Of a stretch of 64,000 nt of DNA, positions 1 through 10,136 are shown one piece after another. The translations under genes were made by a program, and so were the position numbers. The notes under the pieces were generated by a model. The model ran no database searches. It was not told the origin of the DNA and was given only the letters and a program-made list of their open reading frames with translations. The DNA comes from an uncultured Candidatus Saccharibacteria bacterium. Lineage in GTDB: Bacteria > Patescibacteriota > Minisyncoccia > Phycocordibacterales > UBA918. The DNA lies in the NCBI GenBank assembly GCA_964601615.1, contig CAZRNZ010000001.1:7658-71657 (forward strand). Reading direction: 5' to 3'. How positions within the stretch are numbered: position 1 is the first letter of the stretch; the number at the start of each line of letters is the position of its first letter.

Positions 1-26
1 GGACTTCCGTCACCTACGGTAACGGC

Positions 27-2168
27 ATGTTTGTGGCTGTGGCACAAAGTGGTACGAATCGTGTGATGACTTCACCAGACGGTATCACTTGGACTCCTCG
101 TACTGCAGCAGCAGCAAATGCTTGGTGGACAGTTACTTACGGCAACGGTCTCTTTGTGGCAGTGGGATATAGTTGTACAAGCTGTGTAATGACCTCACCA
201 GATGGCATCACTTGGACCGCTCGCACTATATCAAGTGCTTGGACATCAATAACTTATGGTAACGGCCTGTTTGTGGCAGTGAGTCAGTCTGGCACTGTCA
301 TGACCTCGGGAGACGGTATCACTTGGATTCCTCGTACTGCACCTGAGGCAAATCAGTGGTACTCCGTCACCTACGGCAACGGTCTGTTTGTGGCAGTGGC
401 ATATAGTGGTACTAATCGTGTGATGATATCAACAGATGGTATTACTTGGACTGCTCGTACAGCTTCAGAGGCAAATCAGTGGACTTCAGTTACTTATGCC
501 AACAACAGGTTTGTAGCTGTGTCGGATAATGGTACCAATCGTGTGATGACTGCTGAATTAAGTAGTCCAACCGATCATGGTTTCATCTATGGAACTGAAT
601 CAGATTTAATTGGAGGAGATACGGCAACTTCATCGGCTGGTGCATTCACTTCTGCTGGAGCCATTAGTTCTAATATCGAAGGTTTAACTAGTGGAGTAAC
701 TTACTACTATCGTGCTTACGCCACTACTGGTTACGGTACTGGCTATGGTGAGATAAAGAGTTTTTCTACACTGGGATTGCAGGTAGTGACTAGACCAGAA
801 ACTGGAGTGACTAATAACCGAGCCAGAATACATGGTGAGGTGTTGCTGCAAGGAACTGTAGGGACTGGTAATTTGGGTAATTGGACTCCTCGTACAGCTG
901 CTGAGGAAAACTCTTGGAACTCCGTCACCTACGGTAACGGCATGTTTGTGGCGGTGGCAGGTAGCGGTACTAATCGCGTGATGACCTCTTCCGACGGTAT
1001 CACTTGGACTCCTCGCACTGCGGCGGAGGCAAACACCTGGAACTCCATCACCTATGGCAATGGTAGGTTTGTGGCAGTGGCATCAAATGGCACCAACCGC
1101 GTGATGACCTCACCAGACGGAATCACTTGGACTCCTCGTACTGCGGCGGAGGCAAGTCAATGGTACTCCGTTACCTACGGCAATAGTCAGTTCGTAGCAG
1201 TATCTAATAATAATAGTAACCGCGTCATGACCTCACCAGACGGTATCACTTGGACTGCTCGCACTGCGGCAGAGGCAAACTCTTGGCAATCAGTCACCTA
1301 CGGCAATGGCATGTTTGTAGCAGTGGCTCTAAATGGCACCAACCGCGTGATGACCTCACCAGACGGTATCACTTGGACTCCTCGTACTGTTGTGACATAT
1401 GGCTGGCGTTCCGTCACCTACGGCAACGGTCTGTTTGTGGCATTGGGAAAGCCAGGTGGTCTAGGCGGCTGTACAACTAATTGTGTCATGACCTCACCCG
1501 ACGGAATCACTTGGACCGTACGCACTGCTGTTGAGGTAATCCCTTGGCACTCCATCACCTACGGCAACGGTCTGTTTGTGGCAGTAGCAGGTGGTTTAGT
1601 TGGTCTAGGTGGCGGCTGTACAACTAATTGTGTCATGACCTCATCAGACGGAATCACTTGGACCGCACGCACTGCTGCTGAGGAAAACTTTTGGCAGTCT
1701 GTCACCTACGGTAACGGCATGTTTGTGGCAGTAGGATATAGTGGTACCAACCGTGTGATGATTGCAGCATTAGAACTTACACCTTTGGCGATAATCGACC
1801 ATGGATTTATTTGGGGTACTGAAGAAAGTTTGATTGGAGGCGATACTGCTACTACTTCACTCGGAGCTTTGGCAAGTGCTGGTTCATTTGATTACTTATT
1901 AAACAATCTGAACCCTAATGACATCTATTACTACCGAGCTTACGCTGTAGATGCTAATGGATTGCGGTGGGGAGAAATAAGGTCATTCCAGGTTAGGTTC
2001 TATTATGGAGGAGGAGGTGCCGAAATAGGTGATCCACCACCAGATGGAGATGGAGATGTGGGCGGGGGAGATGGTGGCGGTGGTGGAGAGATTGGTGGAG
2101 GAGAGGGACAACCTGAAACACCTCCGCCAGTTGGTGGTGGTGGTGGAGGAGGAGGAGGAGAGTTGTAA
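27..2168 (+). CDS. 5'-truncated large secreted/surface repeat protein. About 11 tandem ~42-aa Asp-box (BNR-like) repeats in two blocks, each block followed by an Ig/Fn3-like 'YYYRAYA' module, then a Gly/Pro-rich C-terminal tail.
   Basis: ORF runs to the window edge. Repeated 'NRVMTSPDGITWTPRTAAEAN.W.SVTYGNG.FVAV' units (S-x-D-G-x-T-W Asp-box) are visible at ~126-bp DNA periodicity. The tail is GGGGAEIGDPPPDGDGD...GGGGGGGGG. Confidence 0.6.
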   Translation: MFVAVAQSGTNRVMTSPDGITWTPRTAAAANAWWTVTYGNGLFVAVGYSCTSCVMTSPDGITWTARTISSAWTSITYGNGLFVAVSQSGTVMTSGDGITWIPRTAPEANQWYSVTYGNGLFVAVAYSGTNRVMISTDGITWTARTASEANQWTSVTYANNRFVAVSDNGTNRVMTAELSSPTDHGFIYGTESDLIGGDTATSSAGAFTSAGAISSNIEGLTSGVTYYYRAYATTGYGTGYGEIKSFSTLGLQVVTRPETGVTNNRARIHGEVLLQGTVGTGNLGNWTPRTAAEENSWNSVTYGNGMFVAVAGSGTNRVMTSSDGITWTPRTAAEANTWNSITYGNGRFVAVASNGTNRVMTSPDGITWTPRTAAEASQWYSVTYGNSQFVAVSNNNSNRVMTSPDGITWTARTAAEANSWQSVTYGNGMFVAVALNGTNRVMTSPDGITWTPRTVVTYGWRSVTYGNGLFVALGKPGGLGGCTTNCVMTSPDGITWTVRTAVEVIPWHSITYGNGLFVAVAGGLVGLGGGCTTNCVMTSSDGITWTARTAAEENFWQSVTYGNGMFVAVGYSGTNRVMIAALELTPLAIIDHGFIWGTEESLIGGDTATTSLGALASAGSFDYLLNNLNPNDIYYYRAYAVDANGLRWGEIRSFQVRFYYGGGGAEIGDPPPDGDGDVGGGDGGGGGEIGGGEGQPETPPPVGGGGGGGGGEL

Positions 2169-2188
2169 AATTGAATATGGGGAAGATA

Positions 2189-2223
2189 ACAGGGGCGCCG
2201 TAAGGCGCCCCTGTTGTTTTTGT
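2189..2223 (+). terminator. Rho-independent terminator after the repeat-protein gene.
   Basis: aacaggggcgcc-gtaa-ggcgcccctgtt hairpin followed by tgttttt. Confidence 0.7.
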
Positions 2224-2246
2224 AGTGTCTGGTATAATAAATCAAT

Positions 2247-2780
2247 ATGAGTCTAGACCAGCAGATTGAAGCTATTTTATTTTACAAGGCCGCACCAGTG
2301 GAGAAGGATTTTTTACTTAAAACCCTAAATATTTCCAATGATGAATTGCTCGAGTCTCTAACTTTTTTAAAAAGCCGACTGGTCTCTGGTGTGACCAGGT
2401 TGTTGGAGTCTGATACAGCTGTGGAGTTAGTTTTAGATACCTCATTTGATGGTTTGATTGATGGCTTAAGAAAGGAAGAACTTAATCGAGATATTGGCAA
2501 AGCTGGGGCAGAAACTCTAGCTATTGTGATGTATAAATCACCAGTGTCGAGAGCGGAAATAGATAGAATACGAGGAGTAAATTCTTCATATATATTAAGA
2601 GCTTTAGAAACTAGAGGTTTGGTGGAAAGATCGGTAAAAGGGCAGAGAAGTGAATTTCGCCCAACCACCGAATTATTTAAATTCTTGGGGATACCAGAAA
2701 AGACCAATATGCCAGATTATGCTACTGTAATGGACGCATTAGATAATTTTGAAAAACAACAATTAGTAGAAAATGACTGA
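2247..2780 (+). CDS. scpB: Segregation and condensation protein B (ScpB).
   Basis: N-terminal 'IEAILFYKAAPV' and winged-helix repeats typical of ScpB. Confidence 0.75.
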   Translation: MSLDQQIEAILFYKAAPVEKDFLLKTLNISNDELLESLTFLKSRLVSGVTRLLESDTAVELVLDTSFDGLIDGLRKEELNRDIGKAGAETLAIVMYKSPVSRAEIDRIRGVNSSYILRALETRGLVERSVKGQRSEFRPTTELFKFLGIPEKTNMPDYATVMDALDNFEKQQLVEND

Positions 2781-3819
2781 CAATCAATACGAGACAACAG
2801 AAAATAATACGTCTTTATCAGAAGAGTTTTTTTCTGAACCAATTGTAGAAACAGAACGTAGTAATATGCCGGTAGTAAGACAATTAGTGGTCGTGTCATT
2901 TATTCTATTGGGTGTTTTTTCGATAGGAGCCACTTCGGTTATTTTAAGTAAAATTGAAAAGCAATCTGGAGATAATCCTAATATCGCCGCATCATCAGCA
3001 GCAATAAAAGAAGGGGAAGAAAAAAGTAGCGGAGACCCATTTGCAGATTTGAAGGTAAATGCAAAATCTGCCATTGTGATTGATTTACAAACAGACAGAG
3101 TGCTTTACCAGAAAGAGCCTGATTTAAAGTGGCCGTTAGCTAGTATTACTAAGTTGATGACTGCCTTGGTGGCAAGAGAAATTGTAGAGGAGGGAAGTAG
3201 TGTACAGATAACAAAAGAAGCAATCGGACAGGCAGGAGAAAGTGGTTTTACCGAAGGTGAGAGATTTTCTTACCGTAATTTGTCTGACATGATGCTGCTA
3301 ACTTCATCAAACGACGGAGCTTATGCGTTGGCAGCCGCTGCTGGAAGTGCTTTAAATAATGAAAATCCAGCTGATGCCTTCGTGCGAGCCATGAATGTGA
3401 GGGCTAAGGAGATTGGTTTAACCAAAACTTACTTTAGAAACCCAACAGGATTAGATATTACAGAAGATGAGGCTGGTGCATACGGAACTGCTAGGGAAGT
3501 AGCCGTACTGATGGAATATTTGTTAGAAAATTATCCTGAGATTTTAGAAGAAACAAATAAAAAAACTAGTACTGTTAATAATACAGCAGGTGATAGATAC
3601 GAAACTGAAAATACAAATCGCATGATTGATGCTATCGCAACTTCGCTAGGATCTAAAACGGGTTACACTACTTTAGCTGGTGGAAACCTAGTGGTTGCTT
3701 TTGATGCGGGGATAAATAGACCAGTTGTAGTGGTGGTGTTGGGGTCTTCGCACCAAGGTAGATTTTCTGATGTTTTACGTTTAGTTGAAGCATCAAGGCA
3801 GTATTTAGGTAATGAATAA
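2773..3819 (+). CDS. D-alanyl-D-alanine carboxypeptidase (peptidase S11, PBP5-like) with N-terminal TM anchor.
   Basis: SxxK (SITKLMT), SxN (SSNDG) and KTG (SKTGYT) motifs present. Confidence 0.75.
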   Translation: MTDNQYETTENNTSLSEEFFSEPIVETERSNMPVVRQLVVVSFILLGVFSIGATSVILSKIEKQSGDNPNIAASSAAIKEGEEKSSGDPFADLKVNAKSAIVIDLQTDRVLYQKEPDLKWPLASITKLMTALVAREIVEEGSSVQITKEAIGQAGESGFTEGERFSYRNLSDMMLLTSSNDGAYALAAAAGSALNNENPADAFVRAMNVRAKEIGLTKTYFRNPTGLDITEDEAGAYGTAREVAVLMEYLLENYPEILEETNKKTSTVNNTAGDRYETENTNRMIDAIATSLGSKTGYTTLAGGNLVVAFDAGINRPVVVVVLGSSHQGRFSDVLRLVEASRQYLGNE

Positions 3820-3828
3820 TAAAAGTAT

Positions 3829-4902
3829 ATGGAACTTACTCTCATAAAAGTTTTTTTACCAACCGCGATAGCGTTTTTTATTGGAATTGCTATTACACCT
3901 TTGGTTACTCATTATTTGTTTAAATACAAAGCTTGGAAAAAGTCTTCTGGTAAGGGAAATGGTTATGGCGGAGGGGGAACTCCAATATTTGATAAGCTTC
4001 ATAAAGAAAGAGATACAAACACACCTAGATTGGGTGGAATTGTGATTTGGGGAAGTGTTATTTTGACAGTACTCTTTATATTTTTATTGCAAGTATTTTT
4101 GCCAGAGACAATATTCGGCAAGTTAAATTTTTTGTCTCGTTCTCAGACTTGGCTACCGCTTTTGGCCATGATGGTGGGTGCGATTGTTGGACTGGTTGAC
4201 GATATTTTGACAATTAGAGGTGATGGCAAACACTTTGCTGGTGGTCTACCTCTATCGCAGAGAATGTTGGTAGTAGGACTTACGGCAATCTTTGCTGGTT
4301 GGTGGTTTTATGAAAAGTTGGGAGTAGATAGTGTTTCTTTATTTGGTTTTGGTGATTTAGTACTAGGTATTTGGTTTATTCCTTTCTTTGTTTTTGTGGC
4401 TGTCTGTATTTATATGTCTAGCGTGATAGACGGCCTGGATGGATTAGCAGGAGGGGTGTTTATGTTTATCTTTACTGCTTATGCAGGTATTGCTATTTGG
4501 CAACAACAATTTGATATTGCGGCTTTGTCGGCGACTATCGTAGGTGGTATTTTGGCTTTTCTTTGGTTCAATATTCCGCCAGCTCGTTTTTATATGACAG
4601 AGACAGGTGTAATGGCACTCACTATGTGTCTCACTATCATTGCTTTTATGACTGATAGCTTAGGAGAAGGGGAAGGTGTTTCACTTTTGCCGATTGTGGG
4701 ATTTTTGTTGGTGGCTACGGTAGCTGCTAATACAGCGCAGATTTTATCTAAAAAAATATTAAAGAAAAAATTACTTCTAATTGCACCACTACATCATCAT
4801 TTTGAAGCAATTGGTTGGCCTGCTCACAAGGTAGTGATGCGTTATTGGGTGTTAGGATTTGTCTTTGCTGTGATTGGTTTATTGTTAGCTATCGGTCTAT
4901 AA
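3829..4902 (+). CDS. mraY: Phospho-N-acetylmuramoyl-pentapeptide transferase MraY.
   Basis: Polytopic membrane protein with VDDILTIRGD and PLHHHFE motifs. Confidence 0.85.
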   Translation: MELTLIKVFLPTAIAFFIGIAITPLVTHYLFKYKAWKKSSGKGNGYGGGGTPIFDKLHKERDTNTPRLGGIVIWGSVILTVLFIFLLQVFLPETIFGKLNFLSRSQTWLPLLAMMVGAIVGLVDDILTIRGDGKHFAGGLPLSQRMLVVGLTAIFAGWWFYEKLGVDSVSLFGFGDLVLGIWFIPFFVFVAVCIYMSSVIDGLDGLAGGVFMFIFTAYAGIAIWQQQFDIAALSATIVGGILAFLWFNIPPARFYMTETGVMALTMCLTIIAFMTDSLGEGEGVSLLPIVGFLLVATVAANTAQILSKKILKKKLLLIAPLHHHFEAIGWPAHKVVMRYWVLGFVFAVIGLLLAIGL

Positions 4903-4918
4903 TATTTTTAAGACGACC

Positions 4919-6025
4919 ATGAGTAACGCAAAATCAGTAGATAAGATATTACTTTTTATTGTGCTGGTTTTGGTTGGTTGTGGTTTTTTTATTTTCTCTT
5001 CTGCTTCACTCGGCTTACTGGCACGCGGGGGAGCCAGCTTTTCTTCAGTGGCATTTACTCAGGCAGTATTGGGTATTGGTGGTGGATTAACTGCGATGTT
5101 TATTACTAGCAGAATTCATTATCGTGTTTGGCGGAAGTTTGCATTTTATATATTTTTAATTGGCATCGCTTTATCTTTGTTGGTATTTACGCCACTAGGA
5201 TTTGAACATGGTGGTGCTAGAAGATGGTTGGATATTGCTGGTTTTTCATTTCAACCAGCTGAGGCGCTGAAGATTGCTTTTGTGATTTATATGGCAACTT
5301 GGTTCTCTGGTAAAAGAAAAAAAATAGAAGATTTTTGGCACAGCACAGCGCCATTCGTGGCTGGTGTAGTTGTAGTAGGAATAGTAATGCTCTTGCAGAG
5401 AGATACAGATACTTTTTTGATAATGGCAACAGCGGGAGCGGCAATGTTTTTTGTGCAGAGTGGCCGTTGGCGGGATTTGTTGATAATGGGTGTGGCAGCA
5501 ATTCTGCTTGTTGCTACTTTGGCTTTGGTACATGATTACATCAGGCTTCGCATAATGTCTTTTTTTAATGCTGATTTAGATCCGCAAGGTATCAGTTACC
5601 AGGTAAATCAATCTTTGATTGCGGTGGGAAGTGGTGGTTTGCAAGGAAGAGGTTTTGGGCAAAGTATTCAAAAATTTGAATACTTACCAGAACCAATTGG
5701 TGACTCGATATTTGCTGTTTACGCCGAAGAGTTTGGTTTTATTGGTGCATTTATTTTGGTATTACTTTTTTCAGCTTTTGCTTTCAGGGGTTATAGATTA
5801 GCGACACATGCACCAGATGATTTTGGTATGTTGTTGGTAGTTGGTTTTATTACTATGATTATTTTGCAAGCATTTTTGCATATTGCAGCGATGACAAAAT
5901 TTGCTCCAATGCTAGGTCTGCCACTACCGTTTATTAGTCACGGTGGTACTGCTATGTTGATTACATTGGCAGCAATCGGAATAATATTAAATGTGTCTAA
6001 GTATCAGAAAATAAGAATAACTTAG
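4919..6025 (+). CDS. ftsW: SEDS-family cell division protein FtsW/RodA.
   Basis: Ten-TM SEDS-like sequence located between mraY and murG. Confidence 0.75.
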   Translation: MSNAKSVDKILLFIVLVLVGCGFFIFSSASLGLLARGGASFSSVAFTQAVLGIGGGLTAMFITSRIHYRVWRKFAFYIFLIGIALSLLVFTPLGFEHGGARRWLDIAGFSFQPAEALKIAFVIYMATWFSGKRKKIEDFWHSTAPFVAGVVVVGIVMLLQRDTDTFLIMATAGAAMFFVQSGRWRDLLIMGVAAILLVATLALVHDYIRLRIMSFFNADLDPQGISYQVNQSLIAVGSGGLQGRGFGQSIQKFEYLPEPIGDSIFAVYAEEFGFIGAFILVLLFSAFAFRGYRLATHAPDDFGMLLVVGFITMIILQAFLHIAAMTKFAPMLGLPLPFISHGGTAMLITLAAIGIILNVSKYQKIRIT

Positions 6026-6039
6026 CGTATAATTATCTT

Positions 6040-7164
6040 ATGAGAATAGTTTTTGTTGGTGGTGGTACCGGTGGTCATTTTTACCCGCTGATGGCGATTG
6101 CTGAGGCTGTGCGCGGTAGAGATGTACAATTGGGTGAAAATAGCGACTTATTTTTCTTGGGCCCAAATCCTTACAACAAAATATCTTTAGACTCTTTGCA
6201 GATTAAATATCGTTATGTACCAGCTGGTAAGAATAGGGTGGGGTATGGAGGCATAGCAAATTTTTTTGATTTATTTAAAACAGGATTTGGTGTATTCATC
6301 GCTTTTTTTAAGTTGTTACTGCTTTATCCCGATGTAGTGATGAGCAAAGGAGGGTATACAAGTGTGCCAGTGGTATTGGCAGCAAAACTACTCCGTATAC
6401 CTGTCGTGATTCATGAATCTGATGCTGTGCCGGGTAGGGCAAATTTAATTGCTGCCAAGTTTGCTCGATATATTGGTGTGGCATACAACGAGGTGATTCC
6501 TTATTTTAATCAAAATAAGGTGGCACAGGTTGGTATTCCAATTCGGAAAATATTTTTTAAAACCATTAGTGACCCTTATGTTCGCCTTGGTATTCCAAAA
6601 GACAAGCCAGTTATTTTGGTAACAGGAGGTTCTTCTGGTGCGGAAAGACTTAATGATTTTATTTTAGCTTCACTGGGACGTTTGTTAGAAAATTTTACCG
6701 TTGTTCATCAGGTGGGTGAAGCTAACTTTGAAAAAGTAAGTAGTGCAGCCTCGGCACTTTTTACCAGCAAAGAACCTTTAGCTAGTTATTTTGTGTTTGG
6801 TCACCTTGATCAAGATGATTTTGTAGCTGCTTTACAATCAGCCAGTTTGGTTGTTACTAGAGCTGGTTCTACGGCTTTATTTGAAATTGCAGCTAATGGT
6901 AAACCGGCGATTGTTGTACCAATTCCAGAGCAATTGAGTCGTGATCAAAGAAGCAATGCTTACGCTTATGCAAGAGCAACAGGTGCTGTAGTGTTGGAAG
7001 AAAAAAATCTCAGTGATGAAATTTTAGCTTCAGAGATTGAAAGAATTCTTAGTAGTGAAGAAGTTTTAAGAAAAATGAGTGAAGGAGCACTATCTTTGAC
7101 AGTGGGGCAGGCTGCCTATACACTGGCCGATGCATTGCGTAGTATTGCTAGTGAACATCAGTAA
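6040..7164 (+). CDS. murG: Undecaprenyl-PP-MurNAc-pentapeptide UDP-GlcNAc transferase MurG.
   Basis: N-terminal 'IVFVGGGTGGHFYPLMAIAEA' GT28 motif. Confidence 0.85.
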   Translation: MRIVFVGGGTGGHFYPLMAIAEAVRGRDVQLGENSDLFFLGPNPYNKISLDSLQIKYRYVPAGKNRVGYGGIANFFDLFKTGFGVFIAFFKLLLLYPDVVMSKGGYTSVPVVLAAKLLRIPVVIHESDAVPGRANLIAAKFARYIGVAYNEVIPYFNQNKVAQVGIPIRKIFFKTISDPYVRLGIPKDKPVILVTGGSSGAERLNDFILASLGRLLENFTVVHQVGEANFEKVSSAASALFTSKEPLASYFVFGHLDQDDFVAALQSASLVVTRAGSTALFEIAANGKPAIVVPIPEQLSRDQRSNAYAYARATGAVVLEEKNLSDEILASEIERILSSEEVLRKMSEGALSLTVGQAAYTLADALRSIASEHQ

Positions 7165-7170
7165 TTTTTT

Positions 7171-8514
7171 ATGAACGTAGTAACAAGAATCCCGCCGAGT
7201 CCAACAGGACATTTACATATCGGAACAGCTAGAACGGCTTTATTTAATTACTTATTTGCTCGAAATAATAAGGGTAGTTTTGTTTTTCGTAGCGAGGATA
7301 CTGATAAGGCACGCTCTACAAAAGAGTATGAAGAAGAAATAATTTCTGGCTTAAAGAAGTTAGGGATTAATTGGGACAATGATGATCTTGTTCGACAATC
7401 TGAACGCGCTGATATTTATAGAAAGTATCTAGAAAAGGGAATAGAGGATGGACACTTTTATATTTCTAAAGAAGAAAGCAAACAAAATCCTGGTGAGATG
7501 GTTGAGGTGATTCGTCTTAAAAATCCAAATAAGACAATTACTTTTAATGATTTGATACGTGGTGATATTACTTTTGATACAACAGAGTTGGGTGATATTG
7601 TAGTGGCTCGTTCTATTGATGATGCTCTTTATCATCTGACAGTAGTGATTGATGATTATGAAATGGGAGTAACTCATGTACTTCGTGGAGAAGATCATAT
7701 CTCTAATACACCGAGACAGATTTTGATTCAAGAAGCACTTGGTTTTAGTCGTCCAGAGTATGCTCATTTGCCTTTAATTTTGGCACCAGACAGAAGTAAG
7801 ATGTCTAAGAGACATGGTGCGACTGCGATAGAAGATTATTTTGCAGAAGGTTTTTTACCAGAAGCAATTATAAATTATTTAGCATTACTTGGTTGGAACT
7901 CAGGGACTGATAAAGAAATTTACACACTAGAGGAATTGGTAGAGATTTTTAATATTTCTCAAGTACAGAAAAGCGGTGCGGTTTTTGATAAGCAAAAATT
8001 CCGCTGGATTAATCGCCAGCATTTAGACTTACTTTCAGAAGAGGATTATAGAACTAAGGTGTTAGAATTTTTGCCATCGCGCGTTAAAGAGTTGGCTAAC
8101 TTTAACGATGAAAGATTCTCTAAGTTACTACCAGTAATTCGCGAGCGTGCTGAGATTTTTGGTGATGTAACCACTGCTGGTGAGGTAGGGGAGTATGACT
8201 TCGCCTTTGATGCTCCTGATGTACCTGTGGAAATGTTGGCTTGGAAAAAAGATAATAGCATTAAGGATGTTTTGCCAAGACTAGAAAAATTAATTTCTCT
8301 TTTAGATAACGCTGATTTTTCTACGACAGAAAATATTAAATCTGCTGTATGGGATTTTGCCGAAAAAGAGGGGAGAGGAGAAGTGTTGTGGCCAATGAGA
8401 GTTGCCCTAACTGGTCTAGAAAAATCACCAGATCCCTTTACTGTTGCTTATATAATTGGAGCCGTGGATACTAAGGAAAGGCTAAAAGCAGCTTATGATA
8501 AAATAAAAGGGTGA
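7171..8514 (+). CDS. gltX: Glutamyl-tRNA synthetase.
   Basis: HIGH motif (PSPTGHLHIGTART) and KMSKR/KMSKS-type motif. Confidence 0.9.
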   Translation: MNVVTRIPPSPTGHLHIGTARTALFNYLFARNNKGSFVFRSEDTDKARSTKEYEEEIISGLKKLGINWDNDDLVRQSERADIYRKYLEKGIEDGHFYISKEESKQNPGEMVEVIRLKNPNKTITFNDLIRGDITFDTTELGDIVVARSIDDALYHLTVVIDDYEMGVTHVLRGEDHISNTPRQILIQEALGFSRPEYAHLPLILAPDRSKMSKRHGATAIEDYFAEGFLPEAIINYLALLGWNSGTDKEIYTLEELVEIFNISQVQKSGAVFDKQKFRWINRQHLDLLSEEDYRTKVLEFLPSRVKELANFNDERFSKLLPVIRERAEIFGDVTTAGEVGEYDFAFDAPDVPVEMLAWKKDNSIKDVLPRLEKLISLLDNADFSTTENIKSAVWDFAEKEGRGEVLWPMRVALTGLEKSPDPFTVAYIIGAVDTKERLKAAYDKIKG

Positions 8515-9842
8515 AATCTTTTATTTTAGGAAAAACTCGGAATTATAAAAACTTAATTGCTTTTTCTGTAGGTATTTTATTAATACCACTGATATTTTTT
8601 GGTACAGGATTTGTTTTTGCTCAATCTGAAGCTGAGCGTCTGCAAACACAAAAAAATAATTTAAATAGTCAGCTCTCTGACTTAGAAAAGGAAATCGCTG
8701 CTTATGAAGCAGAGCTTGGAAAAGTTGGTGCCGAGAAAAACACTCTGCAAAAAGCCATTAACCAACTGGAGTTAGAAAGAAGGAAGGTGCTCACTGAGGT
8801 GCGTTCAACTGAGAATAAAATATCCACTATTGATTTGCAGTTGGGTCAGCTTTCTACGGAGATAAAAAACACCAGCGAAAGTATTGAAAAGAACAATGCT
8901 GCCGTAGCAGAGATTTTGCGGGTATTAGACCAGACTGATTCTCAATCTTTGATTGAGTTGTTGCTTCGCTATGACAATCTGGCTGATTTTTGGCTGGAAG
9001 TAGAAGACTTGGAAACCATTAGAGAGAAGATGCGAGAGAGAGTACTAAATCTTTCTTCATTAAAAGAAGTCTTGTTTGATAAGGTTAGTGAAGAAACAGA
9101 GAATAAGGAAGACTTATTATCACTTCGTAACCAATATTCTGGACAGCAGCAGGTATTAGATAGTAATAAGAAAGAAAAAGATCAACTTCTTACTGCAACT
9201 AGAAATGAAGAAGCTGAATATCAAAAGATTTTAAATGAAAAGAAAGCAGCTAGAGAAAAATTGGCTGCGCAAGTACAAGATATTGAATCTCAGATTAAAT
9301 TTATTCTTGACCCAAACTCAATTCCAACTAAAGGAACAGCTGTTTTCCGTTGGCCTCTAGAAAAGATAATTATCACTCAATACTTTGGCTATACAACTTT
9401 TGCTTTGCAAAATCCGGGTGTGTATAAAAATAATATGCACAATGGTATGGACTTTGGTGCACCAACTGGAACAAAAATTTATGCTCCATTAGGAGGCACT
9501 GTACGAGCTACTGCCAATACAGATCTTGTGCCAGGTTGTTATTCTTGGGGTCAGTGGGCTTTGGTTGATCATCCAAATGGTTTATCTACACTATATGCGC
9601 ACATGAGTTGGACTGGAGTTACTGCGGGTCAAAAATTGAATACTGGTGATGTGATTGGTTATGTTGGCGCTACTGGTTACGCTACGGGACCGCATTTACA
9701 CTTTACTCTATATGTAAGTCAGGCTGTTCAGGTAAAGAAATTTAATGAATTTAAGTCTGTAACTGGTTGTGGAGCTGCGCTATCACCATTTGCGGCTGTG
9801 GAAGGATATCTAAACCCTGCAGACTATCTTCCAGCAAACTAA
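8511..9842 (+). CDS. M23 family metallopeptidase with N-terminal coiled coil (EnvC-like murein hydrolase/activator).
   Basis: Long coiled-coil N-terminal region. C-terminal M23 motifs HNGMDF...GPHLHF. Overlaps gltX by 4 nt. Confidence 0.75.
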   Translation: MKSFILGKTRNYKNLIAFSVGILLIPLIFFGTGFVFAQSEAERLQTQKNNLNSQLSDLEKEIAAYEAELGKVGAEKNTLQKAINQLELERRKVLTEVRSTENKISTIDLQLGQLSTEIKNTSESIEKNNAAVAEILRVLDQTDSQSLIELLLRYDNLADFWLEVEDLETIREKMRERVLNLSSLKEVLFDKVSEETENKEDLLSLRNQYSGQQQVLDSNKKEKDQLLTATRNEEAEYQKILNEKKAAREKLAAQVQDIESQIKFILDPNSIPTKGTAVFRWPLEKIIITQYFGYTTFALQNPGVYKNNMHNGMDFGAPTGTKIYAPLGGTVRATANTDLVPGCYSWGQWALVDHPNGLSTLYAHMSWTGVTAGQKLNTGDVIGYVGATGYATGPHLHFTLYVSQAVQVKKFNEFKSVTGCGAALSPFAAVEGYLNPADYLPAN

Positions 9843-9932
9843 TGCGGAAATACTTGATATTTTCTAAAGTTTTCTTATACTTACGCTCGAATAGTTCTCC
9901 AGCGTTCTTGGGATAAAGGAAGGGAAAATAAA

Positions 9933-10094
9933 TTGACCGTAAAAGGTAGTAATGAATCGTCTTTGGGCGAAGTTGAGCAAAACAAGCTCAAATCAACAAT
10001 AGCTTTATTTTTAGCTATTTCTTTTACTGCTTTGGCAATCATTGCTGTATTGTATGAGCCTATTACCAGGCTTGTATACCTGACCTCTTTCTAG
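9933..10094 (+). CDS. Possible small single-TM protein (53 aa) with a TTG start.
   Basis: aaggaaggg SD-like box lies 8 nt upstream of the TTG. The hydrophobic core is IALFLAISFTALAIIAVL. The stop sits directly before a strong terminator. It is absent from the ATG-based ORF track. Confidence 0.3.
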   Translation: MTVKGSNESSLGEVEQNKLKSTIALFLAISFTALAIIAVLYEPITRLVYLTSF

Positions 10095-10100
10095 TCGTAA

Positions 10101-10136
10101 AGCCGATTACTCAAAAGTAATCGGCTTTTATTTTAT
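10101..10136 (+). terminator. Rho-independent terminator.
   Basis: agccgattact-caaa-agtaatcggct hairpin followed by tttatttt. Confidence 0.65.

Noticed and set aside
2003-2250. Minus-strand poly-Pro ORF (80 aa) and the overlapping plus-strand 73-aa ORF at the end of the repeat-protein gene.
   Set aside because: They are translation artefacts of the GGN-repeat tail. Antisense GGN gives CCN, which encodes Pro. They overlap a strong terminator and a better-supported CDS.
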